From: the human T2T-CHM13v2.0 reference genome, Homo sapiens
Assembly (NCBI RefSeq): GCF_009914755.1
Contig: NC_060925.1
Length of the DNA: 64,000 bases
Reading direction: 5' to 3' (one strand)
The notes below the pieces were generated by a model, which saw only the letters and a list, made by a program, of their open reading frames with translations, did not search any database and was not told the origin of the DNA. This document shows positions 30,094 to 43,059 of the stretch, one piece after another; the first letter of the stretch is position 1, and every line of letters begins with the position of its first letter. Position numbers and translations under genes: made by a program.

Positions 30094-31632
30094 AAGAAAC
30101 ACATTCAAACCGCACACCTATATGGAAACTGAACAACCTGCTCCTGAATGACTACTGGGTAAATAACGAAATTAAGGCAGAAATAAAGAAGTTCTTTGAA
30201 ACCAATGAGAACAAAGAGACAATGTACCAAAATCTCTGGGACACAGCTAAAGCAGTGTTTAGAGGGAAATTTAGCACTAAATGCCCACATCAGAAAGTGT
30301 CTAAAATCAACACTTTAACATCACAATTAAAAGAACTAGAGAAGCAAGAGCAAACAAATTCAAAAGCTAGCAGAAAACAAGAAATAACTAAGATCAGAGC
30401 AGAATTGAAGGAGATAGAGACACAAAAAAAACCTTCAAAAAATCAATGAATCCAGGAGCTGTTTTTTTTTGAAAAGATTAACAAAATAGATAATCTGCTA
30501 GCCAGACTGATAAAGAAGAAAAGAGAGAAGAATCAAATAGACACAATAAAAAATGATAAAGGGGATATCACCACTGATCCCACAGAAGTACAAACTACCA
30601 TCAGAGAATATTATAAACACCTCTATGCAAGTAAATTAGAAAATCTAGAAGAAATGGATAAGTTCCTGTACACATGCACCCTCCCAAGACTAAACCATGA
30701 AGAAGTCGAATCCCTGAATAGACCAATAACAAATTCTGAAATTGAGGCAGTAATTTATCATCTACCAACCAAAAAAAGCCCAGGAGCAGACAGATTCACA
30801 GCTGAATTCTACCAGAGGTACAAAGAGGAGCTGGTACCATTTCTTCTGAAACTATGCCAAACAACAAAGAAGGAATCCTCTGTAACTCATTTTATGAGGA
30901 CAACATCATCCTGGTAACAAAACCTGGTGGAGACACTACAAAAAAAAAATGAAAATTTCAGGCCAATATTCCAGATGAACATCCATGCAAAAATCCTCAA
31001 TAAAATACTGGCAAACCAAATCCAGCAGCATATCAAAAAGCTTATCCACCATGATCAAGTCAGCTTCATCCCTGGGATTCAAGGCTGGTTCAACATGGGC
31101 AAATCGATAAACATAATCCATCACATAAACAGAAACAATGACAAAAAACACATGATTATCTCAATAGATGTAGAAAAGGCCTTAAATAATGTTCAACACC
31201 CCTTCATGCTAAAAACAGTCAATAAACTAGGTATTGATGGAACATAACTCAAAATAATAAGAGCTATTTATGACAAAACCATAGCCATTATCATAGTGAA
31301 TGAGCAAAAGCTGGAAGTATTCCCTTTGAAAACTGGCAAAAAACAAGGATGTCCTCTCTCACAACTCCTGTTCAACATAGTATTGGAAGTTCTGGCCAGG
31401 GCAATCAGGCAAGAGAAAGAAATACAGGGTATTCAGATTGGAAGAGAGAAAGTCACATTGTCTCTATTTGCAGTTGACATGATTATATATTTAGATAACC
31501 CCATTGTCTCAGCCCAAAAAATCCTTAAGCTGATAAGCAACTTCAGCAAAGTCTCAGGAAAAAAAGTCAATGTGCAAAAATCACAAGCATTCCTATACAC
31601 CAACAAAAGACAGAGGGCCAAATCATGAGTGA

Positions 31633-31773
<141 letters not shown>

Positions 31774-32560
31774 TGAATAGGAAGAATCAATATCATGAAA
31801 ATGGCCATAATGCCCAAAGTAATTTATAGATTCAATGCTATTCCCATCAAGCTACCATTGAATTTCTTCGCAGAATTAGAAAAACTACTTTAAATTTCAT
31901 ATGGAACCCAAAAAGGCCTCTATAGTCAAGACAAGCCTAAGCAAAAGGAACAAAGCTGGTGAAATCATGCTACCTGACTCTAAACTATACTACAAGGCTA
32001 CAGTAACCAAAACAGCATGGTACTGGGCCCAAAACAGATATATAGACCAATGGAACAGAACAGAGGCCTCAGAAGTGACACCACACTTGTACAACCATCT
32101 GATCTTTGACAAACCTGATAAAAATAAGCAATGAGGAAATGATTCCCTATTGAATAAATGGTGCTGGGAAAACTGGCTATCCATATGCAGAAAACTGAAA
32201 CTGGACCCCTTCATTACACCTTATACAAAAATTAAGTCAGGATGGATTAAAGACTTCAATGTAAAACTCAAAACCACAAAAACACTAGGATAAAAGCTAG
32301 GCAATACCATTCAGGACATAGTCATAGGCAAAGACTTCATGACTAAAACACCAAAAACAATTGCAACAAAAACCAAAATTGACAAATGGGATCTAATTAA
32401 ACTAAAGAGCTTTTGCACAGCAAAAGAAACTATCATCAGTGTGAAGAGGCAACCTAAAGAATGGGAGAATATTTTTGCTATCTATCCATCGGACAAAGGT
32501 CTAATATCCAGGATCTGTAAGGAACTTAAACAAATTTGCAAGAAAAAAAAAAAAAAAAAA

Positions 32561-32872
32561 GGTGGGCTCGGTGGCTCACACCTGTAATCCCAGCACTTTG
32601 GGATGCCGAGGTGGGTGGATCACAAGGTCAGGAGATCGAGGCCATCCTGGCTAACATGGTGAAACCCCGTCTCTACTAAAAATACAAAAAATTAGCCGGG
32701 CATGGTGGCAGGCGCCTGTAGTCCCAGCTACTCGGGAGGCTGAGGCAGGAGAATGGTGTGAACCCAGGAGGCGGAGCTTGTAGTGAGTGAGATCACGCTA
32801 CTGCACTCCAGCCTGGGTGACAGAGCAAGACTCTATGTCAATAAAAAACAACAACAACAACAACAACAAAAA
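32561..32872 (+). mobile_element. AluY inside the L1
   Basis: gagatcgag.ccatcctggctaac, gaatggtgtgaacc, gagcttg diagnostics; (CAA)n tail. Confidence 0.93.
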
Positions 32873-33911
32873 CCAACCCCATCAAAAAGTGGTTGAAGGA
32901 TATAAACAGATATTTCTCAAAAGAAGACATTTATGTGGCCAACAAAAAATATGAAAAAAAGCTCACACTGGTCATTAGAGAAATGCATATCAAAACCACA
33001 TTGAGATACCATCTCATGCCAGTTAAAATGGTGATCATTAGAAAGTCAGGAAACTACAGATGCTGGAGAGGATGTGGAGAAATAGGAATGCTTTTTCACT
33101 GTTGGAAGGAATGTAAGTTAGTTCAACCATTGTGGAAGACAGTGTGGCAATTCCTCAAGGATCTAGAACCAGAAATACCATTTGACCCAGCAATCCTATT
33201 ACCGGGTATGTGTCCAAAGGATTATAAATCATTCTACCATAAAGACACATTCACACTTATGTTTATTGCAGCACTATTTACAATAGCAAAGAGTTGGAAA
33301 CAACCCAAATGCCCATCAATGATAGAATGGATAAAGAAAATGTGGCACATATGCACCATGGAATACTAAGCAGCCATAAAAAAGAATGAGTTCATGTCCT
33401 TTGCAGGGACATGGATGAAGCTGGAAACCATCGTTCTCAGCAAACTAATGTAGGAACAGAAAACCAAACTCTGCATGTTCTCACTCATAAGTGGGAGTTG
33501 AACAATGGGAACACATGGACACAGGGAGGGGAACATCACACACCAGGGCCTGTCGGGGGGTAAGGGGCAAGGGGAGGGATAGCATTAGGACAAAATACCT
33601 AATGCATGCAAGTGGGGCTTAAAACCTAGATGACTGATTGATGGGTGCAAAAACCACTATGGCACGTGTATACCCATTTAACAAACCTGCCCATTCTGCA
33701 CATGTATTCCAGAACTTAAAGTATAATTTAAAAAAATGACAACTTATTAACAGAAGAAAAATTATAGCAGTCCTTAAAAAGGTTTGTATAGAAAGTGCTT
33801 ACTTATCAAGAATGGAACAAAGATGACAATAAAAATGTGCAATTATATAATTAAAAATAGATATGACACATGTAAATACATTAATGAGATTATTCAATTT
33901 AGCCATTTTTA

Positions 33912-34826
33912 TTACTTATCTACTGCTCCATAAAAAATTATCCCAAAACTTACTGGCTTCAAACAATAAACATTTATTATCTCATAGTTTCTGTGGATCA
34001 AGAATTTAGCTGAATGACTCAGGTTCTTTTATGAGGCTGTAGTAATGATCTTGTCTGCTCTCAAAATGCCTCACTTAATGTATTTTAGTTTCTTAGGGCT
34101 GTTATAACAAAATACTGCAAACTAAGTGCCATAGAACAACAAAAATTAATTCTCTCATAGTTCTACAGGCTAGAAATCTACAATCAAAGTATCAGCAGGG
34201 TTGGTTTCTTCTGAGGGCTGTGAGGGAAGGATATGTTCCAGGCCTCTCTCTTTGTCTTGTAGATAGTGTCTTCTCTCTGTGTCCCCATACCTTGCCTTCC
34301 CTGTATGTGTGTCTGTCTCTGTATTTAAATGTCCTTCTCTTTATAAAAACATCAGTCATATTGAATCAGATTTCACCCTAATGACCTTATCTAGTTACAT
34401 CTCCAATGACTCTCTTTCCAAATAAGGTAACATTCTGAGGTACTGGGGGTTAGAACATCAACACATGAATTTTGGGGTGACACAATTCAACTCATCGCAT
34501 TCTATAACTTTAGGCAGGAGGTCTCAATTCCTAGCTGGTTGTTGGCAGGAGGCATCTTCTTCACTATGTGGGCCTCTCCACAGAACTGGTTGAGTGGCCT
34601 CAGGACATGGTAGCTGGCTTTTCTCAGAGCCAATGATCCATGAGTGACAGCAAGAGACTCCTAATGGCCTCTATTCCTGGTTTAGGACACCTAATGCAGT
34701 AATTTCCACCATGTTTGACTCTTTTGAGTTATTCAGTTAGTGCATATATAAGAAAGGGAAAATCAGCCTCCACCTCTTAAAGGAGGTTATATCAATGAAT
34801 TTGTAGATATATTCTAAAACACTACA
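33912..34826 (-). mobile_element. Old MLT1 LTR with nested MLT1B/C LTR (34079-34499)
   Basis: Two sets of MaLR terminal motifs; the outer element resumes after 34500. Confidence 0.75.
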
Positions 34827-34859
34827 TTTGCTCTCAAAGAAATGAGAATTAAAATAATA

Positions 34860-36340
34860 ATCATATATCACATCATCTAAAAAACTACAAAAGTAGGAAA
34901 AATATTAATACCTAATGTTGGGTAAGTGTTGATGAAAATTGAAAGTACTATCTTTGTAAAAAAGAATTCATCAAATCCCTTAGAAATACGCTTATTCTCT
35001 GGCAAAGCAATTACAGGATGGTAGGCTCAGTTATAAGGCAGAAAGTGAAATGACAATATTGTAGGCATTTTTATGTGAGGTTAGTCTCCTGAATCCATGA
35101 AAGAACTTGCGAAGTAGAACAGTTCTTGTACTCAACACAGACTACTATGTGAGGACAAAAACAATATTCAGTGTTCTTTGAGCAACTGAATTGCTTGCTA
35201 TGTGTTTTACAATGGATTGGACTTCTGCTCAAAATATCATAAGATGGACATCATTGCCTGAATTAGTATGTGAGAGAATTTGAAAATCTAAGAAAGATAG
35301 CAAATATTAAGTGATAGTTATATGGGGAAATTGATTGGAAATAAACAACATATGAATTTCAGTATTCTAAACCATTCTGATAATTTTTTCAGCATTCTAC
35401 TAGGTTTTGCACACTGGTAGGTTAAGTGAGTCATGTTGGCGACACAGAGCTAAGGACTGTCAAAGTAGATACACCTGTAAAATGAGAGGCATCAGTTTCC
35501 GGACATGTGTGGACTGAATAAACTGAAAAGCTTGCTGCTAGAAAAAAAAAATCTGCAGCTGCTAAAATAAAATAGAAGCAACGGATTTTTAATTAATATC
35601 TGAAAAAATTACAGATTTAAAAAATAAACAATAAAAACACATGACCTTGATTTGACCCAGATTGAGAAGAAGTTGCTAGTTTAGAAAAATCAGGGGTTTA
35701 ACTTTTGACACGTATATATAACACAACTAATTAGATCTTGTATGAACTGGAAAGTAGAAAAAGGAGATTGTTCTAATAGTATAAGACTTCTAAACCTACA
35801 CCTTATAAGAAAAAGATTGATTAAAAGTGACCTTAATAAACAATTCATAATTATTAGCCTGTGCTAAGGATGTTTTTAAAAAAGACTTGAAATTTGAATA
35901 TGCCACCTTGAATATACTCTGAAGCACATTGTCATATAAATTAAGAGTGAATATAAAGGGTCCTATAATAAGTATAGATTTTGTTCATCAAATTGAAAAT
36001 TTAACATTCCAGTGATAAACTCCCAGGAGCCTACAGAAGTAAATCTAACCTTTCTTGGACAAACAGGTGCTCTACTCAGACTATGCAGAATTATTTCAAA
36101 TACAATTTCTGTTAAAGATAGCTTTGTAATCCACAATTACACATGAAGTAATAAATCTATAAGTGATAAATAAAAAAGCATGGGTGCACACTAATAATGT
36201 GAGAAACTTGATTAAATACACCAGAATAGAAATGAAAACATAAAACCAAAGAAAGTATGTGAAAATTTCCAGCAATATTTTAAGAAAAAACTAATAGAAA
36301 TTCAGGAAATACCAAGTGTAGTAATCACAATCAGAAAGGT
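34860..36340 (+). mobile_element. Very old L1M fragments
   Basis: A-rich degenerate L1-like sequence. Confidence 0.45.
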
Positions 36341-36359
36341 CAAAAGTCAGGGCACTTAC

Positions 36360-39300
36360 CCATTCTGCTCTACGGTTATGGCTGGTGCCTGGAGGTTCTA
36401 GCCTGTTATAAACTTCAGACCTGAAAGGTAGGAGTGTTGTACTACCCATCTTCTCTAACAATATCTAATTTAACCACGTTCCCAGGATCCCAGTCTAGAG
36501 CTTGTGCGCTTGAGAATAGTTATTCTAAAATTGTTCTTCTTGTGACTTGTTGCAGGCCTTTCCACTCTCTAACTTTTCTAAAAGGCTGCATTCAGAATTA
36601 AACAACAGACTTGTTGTTGATCACTTTTCCAAATTATAAACTTTTGCTTACCGGTGCTTTCAAGAGAAAGGTTATCTAAGGTCAGTCATTTAAGTAAGTG
36701 TTCATTACAGAGACTGAACATCTCATCACAAATAGGGAGACACAATCCAAAGGAGTTCCTCCCATGCTTTCTGAATGGCTAAGCATTTTTGACATTGGTA
36801 TGCTTGTCCAGAGACCTCCATGGACTGCTTGATTGAGTCAGTATTGATGGAAACATGCATAATCATTTTCCAATTTAATGTGACCATTCTCCTCTTCCTC
36901 CTTTAGTCTTGTGTAACCATCCCTGTATGCTGTTTCCTTCACCCAAGCAAAGATAAGCTTCTTCTCAAAAAAAAAAAAAAAAAAAGCACACAAACAATTT
37001 GGGAATTTTTTAATCCTTTCAAAAAGTCAGCCAACAAGTTATTTTCAGCTTGCACTGATGCATGGTTGCTTACTCCTGGTAAAATAACATATATAATTAT
37101 ATAATTAGTTATAACATATAACATGGTCTTGGCCATGAGGGTTACAAAATTCCCTATATTCCTAAAGGGAATCTTGGATATAGGAGGTATATTATTTCTC
37201 CAGAAAATCTTATGTATAAGCCTCAGTGAATACCACGTAGGAAGATACCAATTACCTATAATAACTTATAAAATCCTTTCAGTTAAAAGCTATAATGCAA
37301 GATGAGATAAAGAGAGAGAGAGATTTTTAAACCACTATACTCCAAAAAACTGTGTTTGGAGCCAAATGGTATTGATGATGGCAGAAGGCAAAACAGCTAA
37401 TCTAATTCAGCTACTTCAGCAGCTTTTGATCTAATATTAAATAAGGTGATGACAGATCATGATAGGAACACCAGCACAGTATTTAGCTGACTTTCTGGCA
37501 TATAATGCAGCCAGGACCACTTTAGAGTATTTCGGAAGCAATAGTGCTATCCTTGTTTTTAATGTGTGGCATAATACTGGGAAAATAGCCAGAAGACAAT
37601 GCATCCTGCTACATAAAAACATCTCTGAAACATGTGTCACCCCTTTAGTAGGATAATGTGACAAAAAGTGAACTCTTATATGCATTGTAGAAGAAGAGCG
37701 GATATCAAGAAATCAATTAATTACTTAAAAGTAGTAATAAGGAAACTCGCCTAGATTTAATCAGTCAACTCTATATTTAATCAGTCTGGAAATAATGGCA
37801 GCCAAAAGAATATGCTATACTTGGGTTTTCTTGTGCCTATCCAGTTTGGTTTCAGCAAAGGAAGTAAAATTATCAAGGCGAAAAGACATTTTAGCAGAGT
37901 TAAGAACATAACTATTGGGATTCACTACTCCTTTTCAAGGTGCATGATTCACTTCCTGAAGATTGGTTTTCTTATGAGTAAATACATAATGATAAAGGAA
38001 ATGGATTCCTTCTGTTCATTTTCTTTTTTGAACTTACTTTGCACCATCCTTGGTAAAATCTTGGCTAGAGTCTGTCACAACTTATATAAATGTCAAGGAC
38101 AACTATCTGAAATTAACCACATTTAATAAAACCCCATAGGCAATTTATATTTGAGTAGAAAGCAAGCAAGCAAGCTATTAGATTAAATTAAAGATCACTT
38201 ATGATTCAGTTTGGAGACAATGAACTGTTATGTTTTATTATATATTATTATAAAATAACTTTATCTTATTATTTTGGGATTATTATATTTACCTTAAAAT
38301 TATAAATTTCAATAAGATATATTAAGTTGGTAACAGTTTTTTTCTTCCTTTTGAATTTAGTACATTGCCTCTTAAGAATAAAAATACAAATATGTAAAAG
38401 TGAAATCATCAGAGCCATTATTCTAATTTCAAATACTTATAGAATCTCCTTTTAACTTCTTTGCATATTAGTCTTAGCACCAACACTTTCTAATAAATGT
38501 GAAAATAAAATGTTTACTGTAATTACTTTCATGCTGTGTGAAAAATTACTTTGCATCAAGCAAACATGTAGATATATTACAATTATCAAAAAAGATTCAG
38601 TAAGTGAAAACTACTTACCAAAAATAATATTTTCTTAGTTTCTCCTCTTATGAAGCTTTATCTTTGCTATCCATGGCTGGCTTCCAGTGCTTTTTTTTTT
38701 CTGTAGTATTCACTTAAATGTATATCTCTCATGAGGATCAGGTAATGGTTCTTCAAAAGTCCCCATGAGGTCTTTCACACTGCAAGTCCCTGACATGAGC
38801 ACAGTCTATGTTCTCCATCTGTCCTCCTGAAATTCTTTTTCAGCCTGACTCCTCTCATCTCTCTAGGGCTCAAGCCTGGCTAATGTCTGCTGTATTCATC
38901 CGGTCATGCTAAAAAGGAACAATGCATGCTTTCTCCATTGTCCTTTCTTCTCAACCAGACATTGGTAGCAGTTCTGTATTGTTTCCAAACTTTAGAACCC
39001 TCCAGGTGAAAAGCGCACACCAGTTTTTATGTTTATATATAGAGTCATGCCCCGTTAATGATTACAATACATTCTGAGAAATGCATAAACAATTCCCTTG
39101 TGTGAACATTATAGAGTGTACATAAATATACGTAGATGATATATGTGTTCATATATACACTTTTTCATATGGAAAATCAGATGTACTAGCACCATTACTA
39201 GCAATAATTTCCACTGCTTAATCTTCAATGCCAATATCAAGTGCTATATATCAGTTTTTTATATATGCTCCATTAGAATGTTATATGACCATTACCATAA

Positions 39301-39748
39301 TATGCCATCTGTCACTGGCTTAAACATCATTATGCATCTATAACTTTATCTCCAAATTCCAGAATTCAAATAGCAAACTCTTGCAAACACTCTATTATCA
39401 TGCCCTATTTCTGTGGCCACACCAGGTGGGGACAATGAGATTTCAGATAAAATACTCTCTTTGTCTTCTGCATTCCTTCAATTTCTCAACAACTAGCCTT
39501 TGAAAGGACCATTTTTTCCTTCCTCCATGAGGAAAGCTGGAAAAATTCTACAGTATTCCCTATAAAAACAAAAACACAGTCATCCTTAATTATTTTTTCC
39601 CAAATATCTAATTTTTGGCTTACATAGGATGGATTAGATTATGAGGTAAATGTCCCATGAGAAATTTTACTATTCTGTTGGAGGACATATCTGCCTTAAT
39701 TTGGAAGGAGGGGATATTTAGGATCTTTTTTTTTTCCTATTTGATGCT
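36360..39748 (-). pseudogene. Pseudo-exon cluster: ~39748-39624, 39559-~39423, 38908-38619, 38106-38038, 37970-37821, ~37684-37492, 37289-37146, 37075-~36997, ~36964-36708, 36577-~36470, 36420-36360
   Basis: Strong sites (TTG|GTAAGT, AAA|GTAAGT, TGG|GTAAGT, tttcAG). Peptides: EYCRIFPAFLMEE, KKILFL|IVVLDIYISCD, NSYVLNSAKMSFRLD, FTEAYT*DFLEK*YTSYIQ, AENNLL/TF*KD, LFSSAQ, SEVY. Confidence 0.65.
39042..39345. mobile_element. Tigger3-family (GOLEM/MER7-like) element
   Basis: agtcatgc..ttaatga..atacattctgagaaatgc and aacatcattatgc termini. Confidence 0.7.
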
Positions 39749-39854
39749 CTAGGCTAACATTTTATTTTATACACAAATAGAATAAGAACTTTCATTTTGA
39801 ATTATTATTCCACCAATTATTATAATTTAGCTATAGTATTTTAGTGATAACTTA

Positions 39855-40560
39855 GTCAGTTTATTAAAATTTACAATGTGTTTAGCACAATGCTAGGTTC
39901 AGTGGAAAAGTAACAGATTCTCAATTGGGAGGTTGAATATAACATACATAATACTACGATTACAGAAAAAATAAATTAAAAAGCCACAGGCATACTGACT
40001 ACAAAAGTAGTAGGTGTTTGGAGAAGCATTAGATTTGTGTAGACTGGTATAATCACAGAAATATTTGAAGTTAACCTGAGCCTTGAAGGGTGTAGAGGAC
40101 ATACACTAGTATAAGAGATGTGTTAATTCTGCAGCTGTTTGAATATATGAAGTAGTGGAGCTGGCAAGCATGGCATATTTAGGACATAGAGGAAAGCAGT
40201 TTGACAAGATTCCAATGAGAATGTTGGAAAATGATGTAAGATGGTGTTAACAAGGAAGCAACAAAATCTATTGTGGAAGCTATTAAATAGCACAAAAATA
40301 TTTAATAGAGCCATTACAGTGCTTGAACTGAGGAAATATTTAAAAATGATGTTTTAAGGGATGATCTTAATTTTCTAGTTATGTTTTCACTAAATTAAGA
40401 AAACAAACTAATTAAGCAATGAAACAGTAATCATTTTCTATTGAGCACATACTGAATAAAAATCTAGTGATAGATAATGTGGGACATCATGAAAAATATA
40501 AGGTAATGACTGTGTCTTCAATAAGCGTATATTCTAAATGGCTGATTGTTAAATAATCAA
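39855..40560 (-). mobile_element. L2 fragments
   Basis: tttattaaaatttacaatgtg..agcacaatgctagg motif. Confidence 0.55.
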
Positions 40561-40722
40561 GAGCTTTTCTATTAATGTGAAAAATTCTAGAGATTTCTAA
40601 AATTAATAGTTTTGTACTATTTGATTACTAGGTGAAGGAAAATGATTAGATATAATATACAGTATAAATTGTTATCATAAATGGTTTAACATTAACCAAT
40701 ACATCAAACAATTGTTGCGTAG

Positions 40723-43059
40723 TGATATGGTTTAGTTCTATGTGCCCACTCAAATCTCATCTCCAGTTGTAATCCTCATGAGTTGAGGAAGGGACCTGGT
40801 GGGAAATGATTGGATCATGCTGTTACCATGATAGTGATGGAATTCTCACAAGATCTGATGGTTTAAAAGTGGCAGTTTCCTCTGCTCTTTTTCTCTTCTG
40901 CTGCCATGAAAGATATGCCTTGCTTTCCCTTTGCTTCTGCCATGATTGTAAGTTTTGTGAAACTTCCCCAGCCATTTTGAATTGTGAGTCAATAAAACCT
41001 CCTTTCTTTATAAATTACCTAGTCTCAGGTAGTATCTTTATAAAGTGTGAAAATGGACTAATACAGGAAATTGATACTGAGAGTGGGGCACTGCTATAAA
41101 GATAACCCGAAAGTATGGAAGTGACTTTGGAACTGAGTAACAGACAGAGGTTGGAACAATTTGAAGGGCTCAGAAAAAGACAGAAAGTTGTAGGAAATTT
41201 TGGAGCTTCCTAGAGACTTGTTAAATGGTTTGACCAAAATGCTGATAGTGATATGAACAATGAAGTCTAGGTTAAGGTGGTGTCAGATGGAAATGAGAAA
41301 CATATTGGGAACTGAAGCAAAAGTCACTCTTACTATGCTTTAGCAAAGAGACAGGTGACATTTTGCCCCTGCCCTAGAGATCCGGTGGAATTTTGAACTT
41401 GAAATAGATGATTTAGGGTATCTAGCAGAAGAAGTTTCTAAGCATCAAAGCATTCAAGAGGTAATTTGGCTGATTCGGAAAGTGTTCAGTCATATGCATT
41501 CACAAAGAGATGATTTGAAATTGGAACTTGTGTTTAAAAGGGAAGAAGAACATAAATGTGTGGAAAATTTTCAGCCTAAGCATGTGGTAGAAAAGAAAAC
41601 CCATTTTCTGGGGAAGAATTCAAACCAGCTGCAGAAATTTGCATAAGCAACAAGGAGCCAAGCCAAATATTAATAGTCAAGACAACGTGAAAATGTCTCC
41701 AAGACATGCCAGAGATCTTTGTGGCAGCCCCTCCCATCACAGGCCCAAAGACCTGAGAGAAAAATGGTTTTATGGGCTGGGCCCAAGGCCCCACTGCTCT
41801 GTGCAGCCCCAAGACCTGGCAGCCTCCATCCCAGCCACTCCAGCTCCAGCTGTGGCTAAAAGGGACCAAAGTAAAGCTCGAGCCATTGCTTCAGAGGGTG
41901 CAAGCTCCAAACTTTGGCAGCTTCCATGTGGTGTTGGGCCTGCAAATGCATAGAAAACAAGAGTTGAGCCTTGGGAGCCTCTGCCTGGATTTCAGACTAT
42001 GTATAGAAACACCTGGATGTCCAGGCAGAAGTCTACTTCAGGCATAAAACCCTCATGGAGAATCTCTGCTAAGGCAGTACAAAAGGGAAATGTGGGGCTG
42101 GAGCTTCTACAAGAGTCCCCACTCAGGCACCCCACTCGGGCACTTTCTAGTGGAGTTTTGATAAGAGGGCCACCATCCTCCAGACCTCAGAAATATAGAT
42201 CCATTGACAGCTGGCACCACGTGCCTGGAAAAACCACAGGCACTCAATGCCAGCCCATGAAAGCAGCCACAGTGGCTGTACCCTGCAGAGCCATGGGAGT
42301 GGGTGCCCATGGGTGCCCACCCCTTATATCAGTATGCCCTGGATGTGAGACATGGAGTCAAAGGATATTTTGGAGCTTTAAGGTTTAATGACTGCCCAGC
42401 TGGGTTTTGGACTTGCATGGGGCCTGAGGCTGTTTTGTTTTGGCCAATTTCTCCCATTTGGAATGAGAATATTTACTCAATGCCTGTACTCCCATTGTCT
42501 CTTGGAAGTAACTAAGTTGATTTTTATTTTACCGGCTCATAGATGCAAGGGATTTTCCTTGTCTTAGATGAGACTTTGAATTTGGACTTTTGAGTTAATG
42601 CTGAAATGAGTTAAGACTTTGGTGGAGTTAAGGCATTTTTGGTTTTGAAATGTGAAATGGATACGAGAGTTGTGAGTAGTCAGGGTAAAATAATATGGTT
42701 TGGCTCTGTGTCCCCACTCAAATCTCATCTAGAACTGTAATCTCTACATGTTGAGGGAGGGACCTGCTGGGAGGTGATTGGATCATGGGGATGGTTTTCC
42801 CCATGGTGTTCTCTCTCCTGATAGTGAGGGAGTTCTCACAAGATCTGATGGTTTAAAAGTGGCAGTTTCCCCTGTTCCCACTCCGTCTCCTGCCAGCACG
42901 TAAGATGTGCCTTGCTTCCCCTTCAACTTCCACCATGATTGCAAGTTTCCTGAGGCCTCCCCAGCCATGCAGAATTGTGAGTCAATTAAACTTCCTTCCT
43001 TTATAAATTACCCAGTCTCAGGCAGTATCTTTATAGCATTGTGAAAACAGACAAATACA
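40723..43059 (+). mobile_element. Complete THE1D-like MaLR provirus: LTR 40723-41065, internal, LTR 42691-43059
   Basis: Two homologous LTRs flanking a typical THE1-int; TSD degraded (cgtag/agtac). Confidence 0.93.

Noticed and set aside
36340-38130. Ancient ERV pol remnant on the minus strand (ENNLLAD like RNase H, CQKC like an integrase Zn finger, CKVS like RT)
   Set aside because: The motifs are short and no YxDD or flanking LTRs are present. The same interval is partitioned by strong GT-AG sites into phase-compatible exons with RGS-like motifs, which explains it better. Dfam would settle it.
41576-42515. Overlapping ORFs of 67-129 aa
   Set aside because: GC-richer THE1 internal sequence, broken in all frames.
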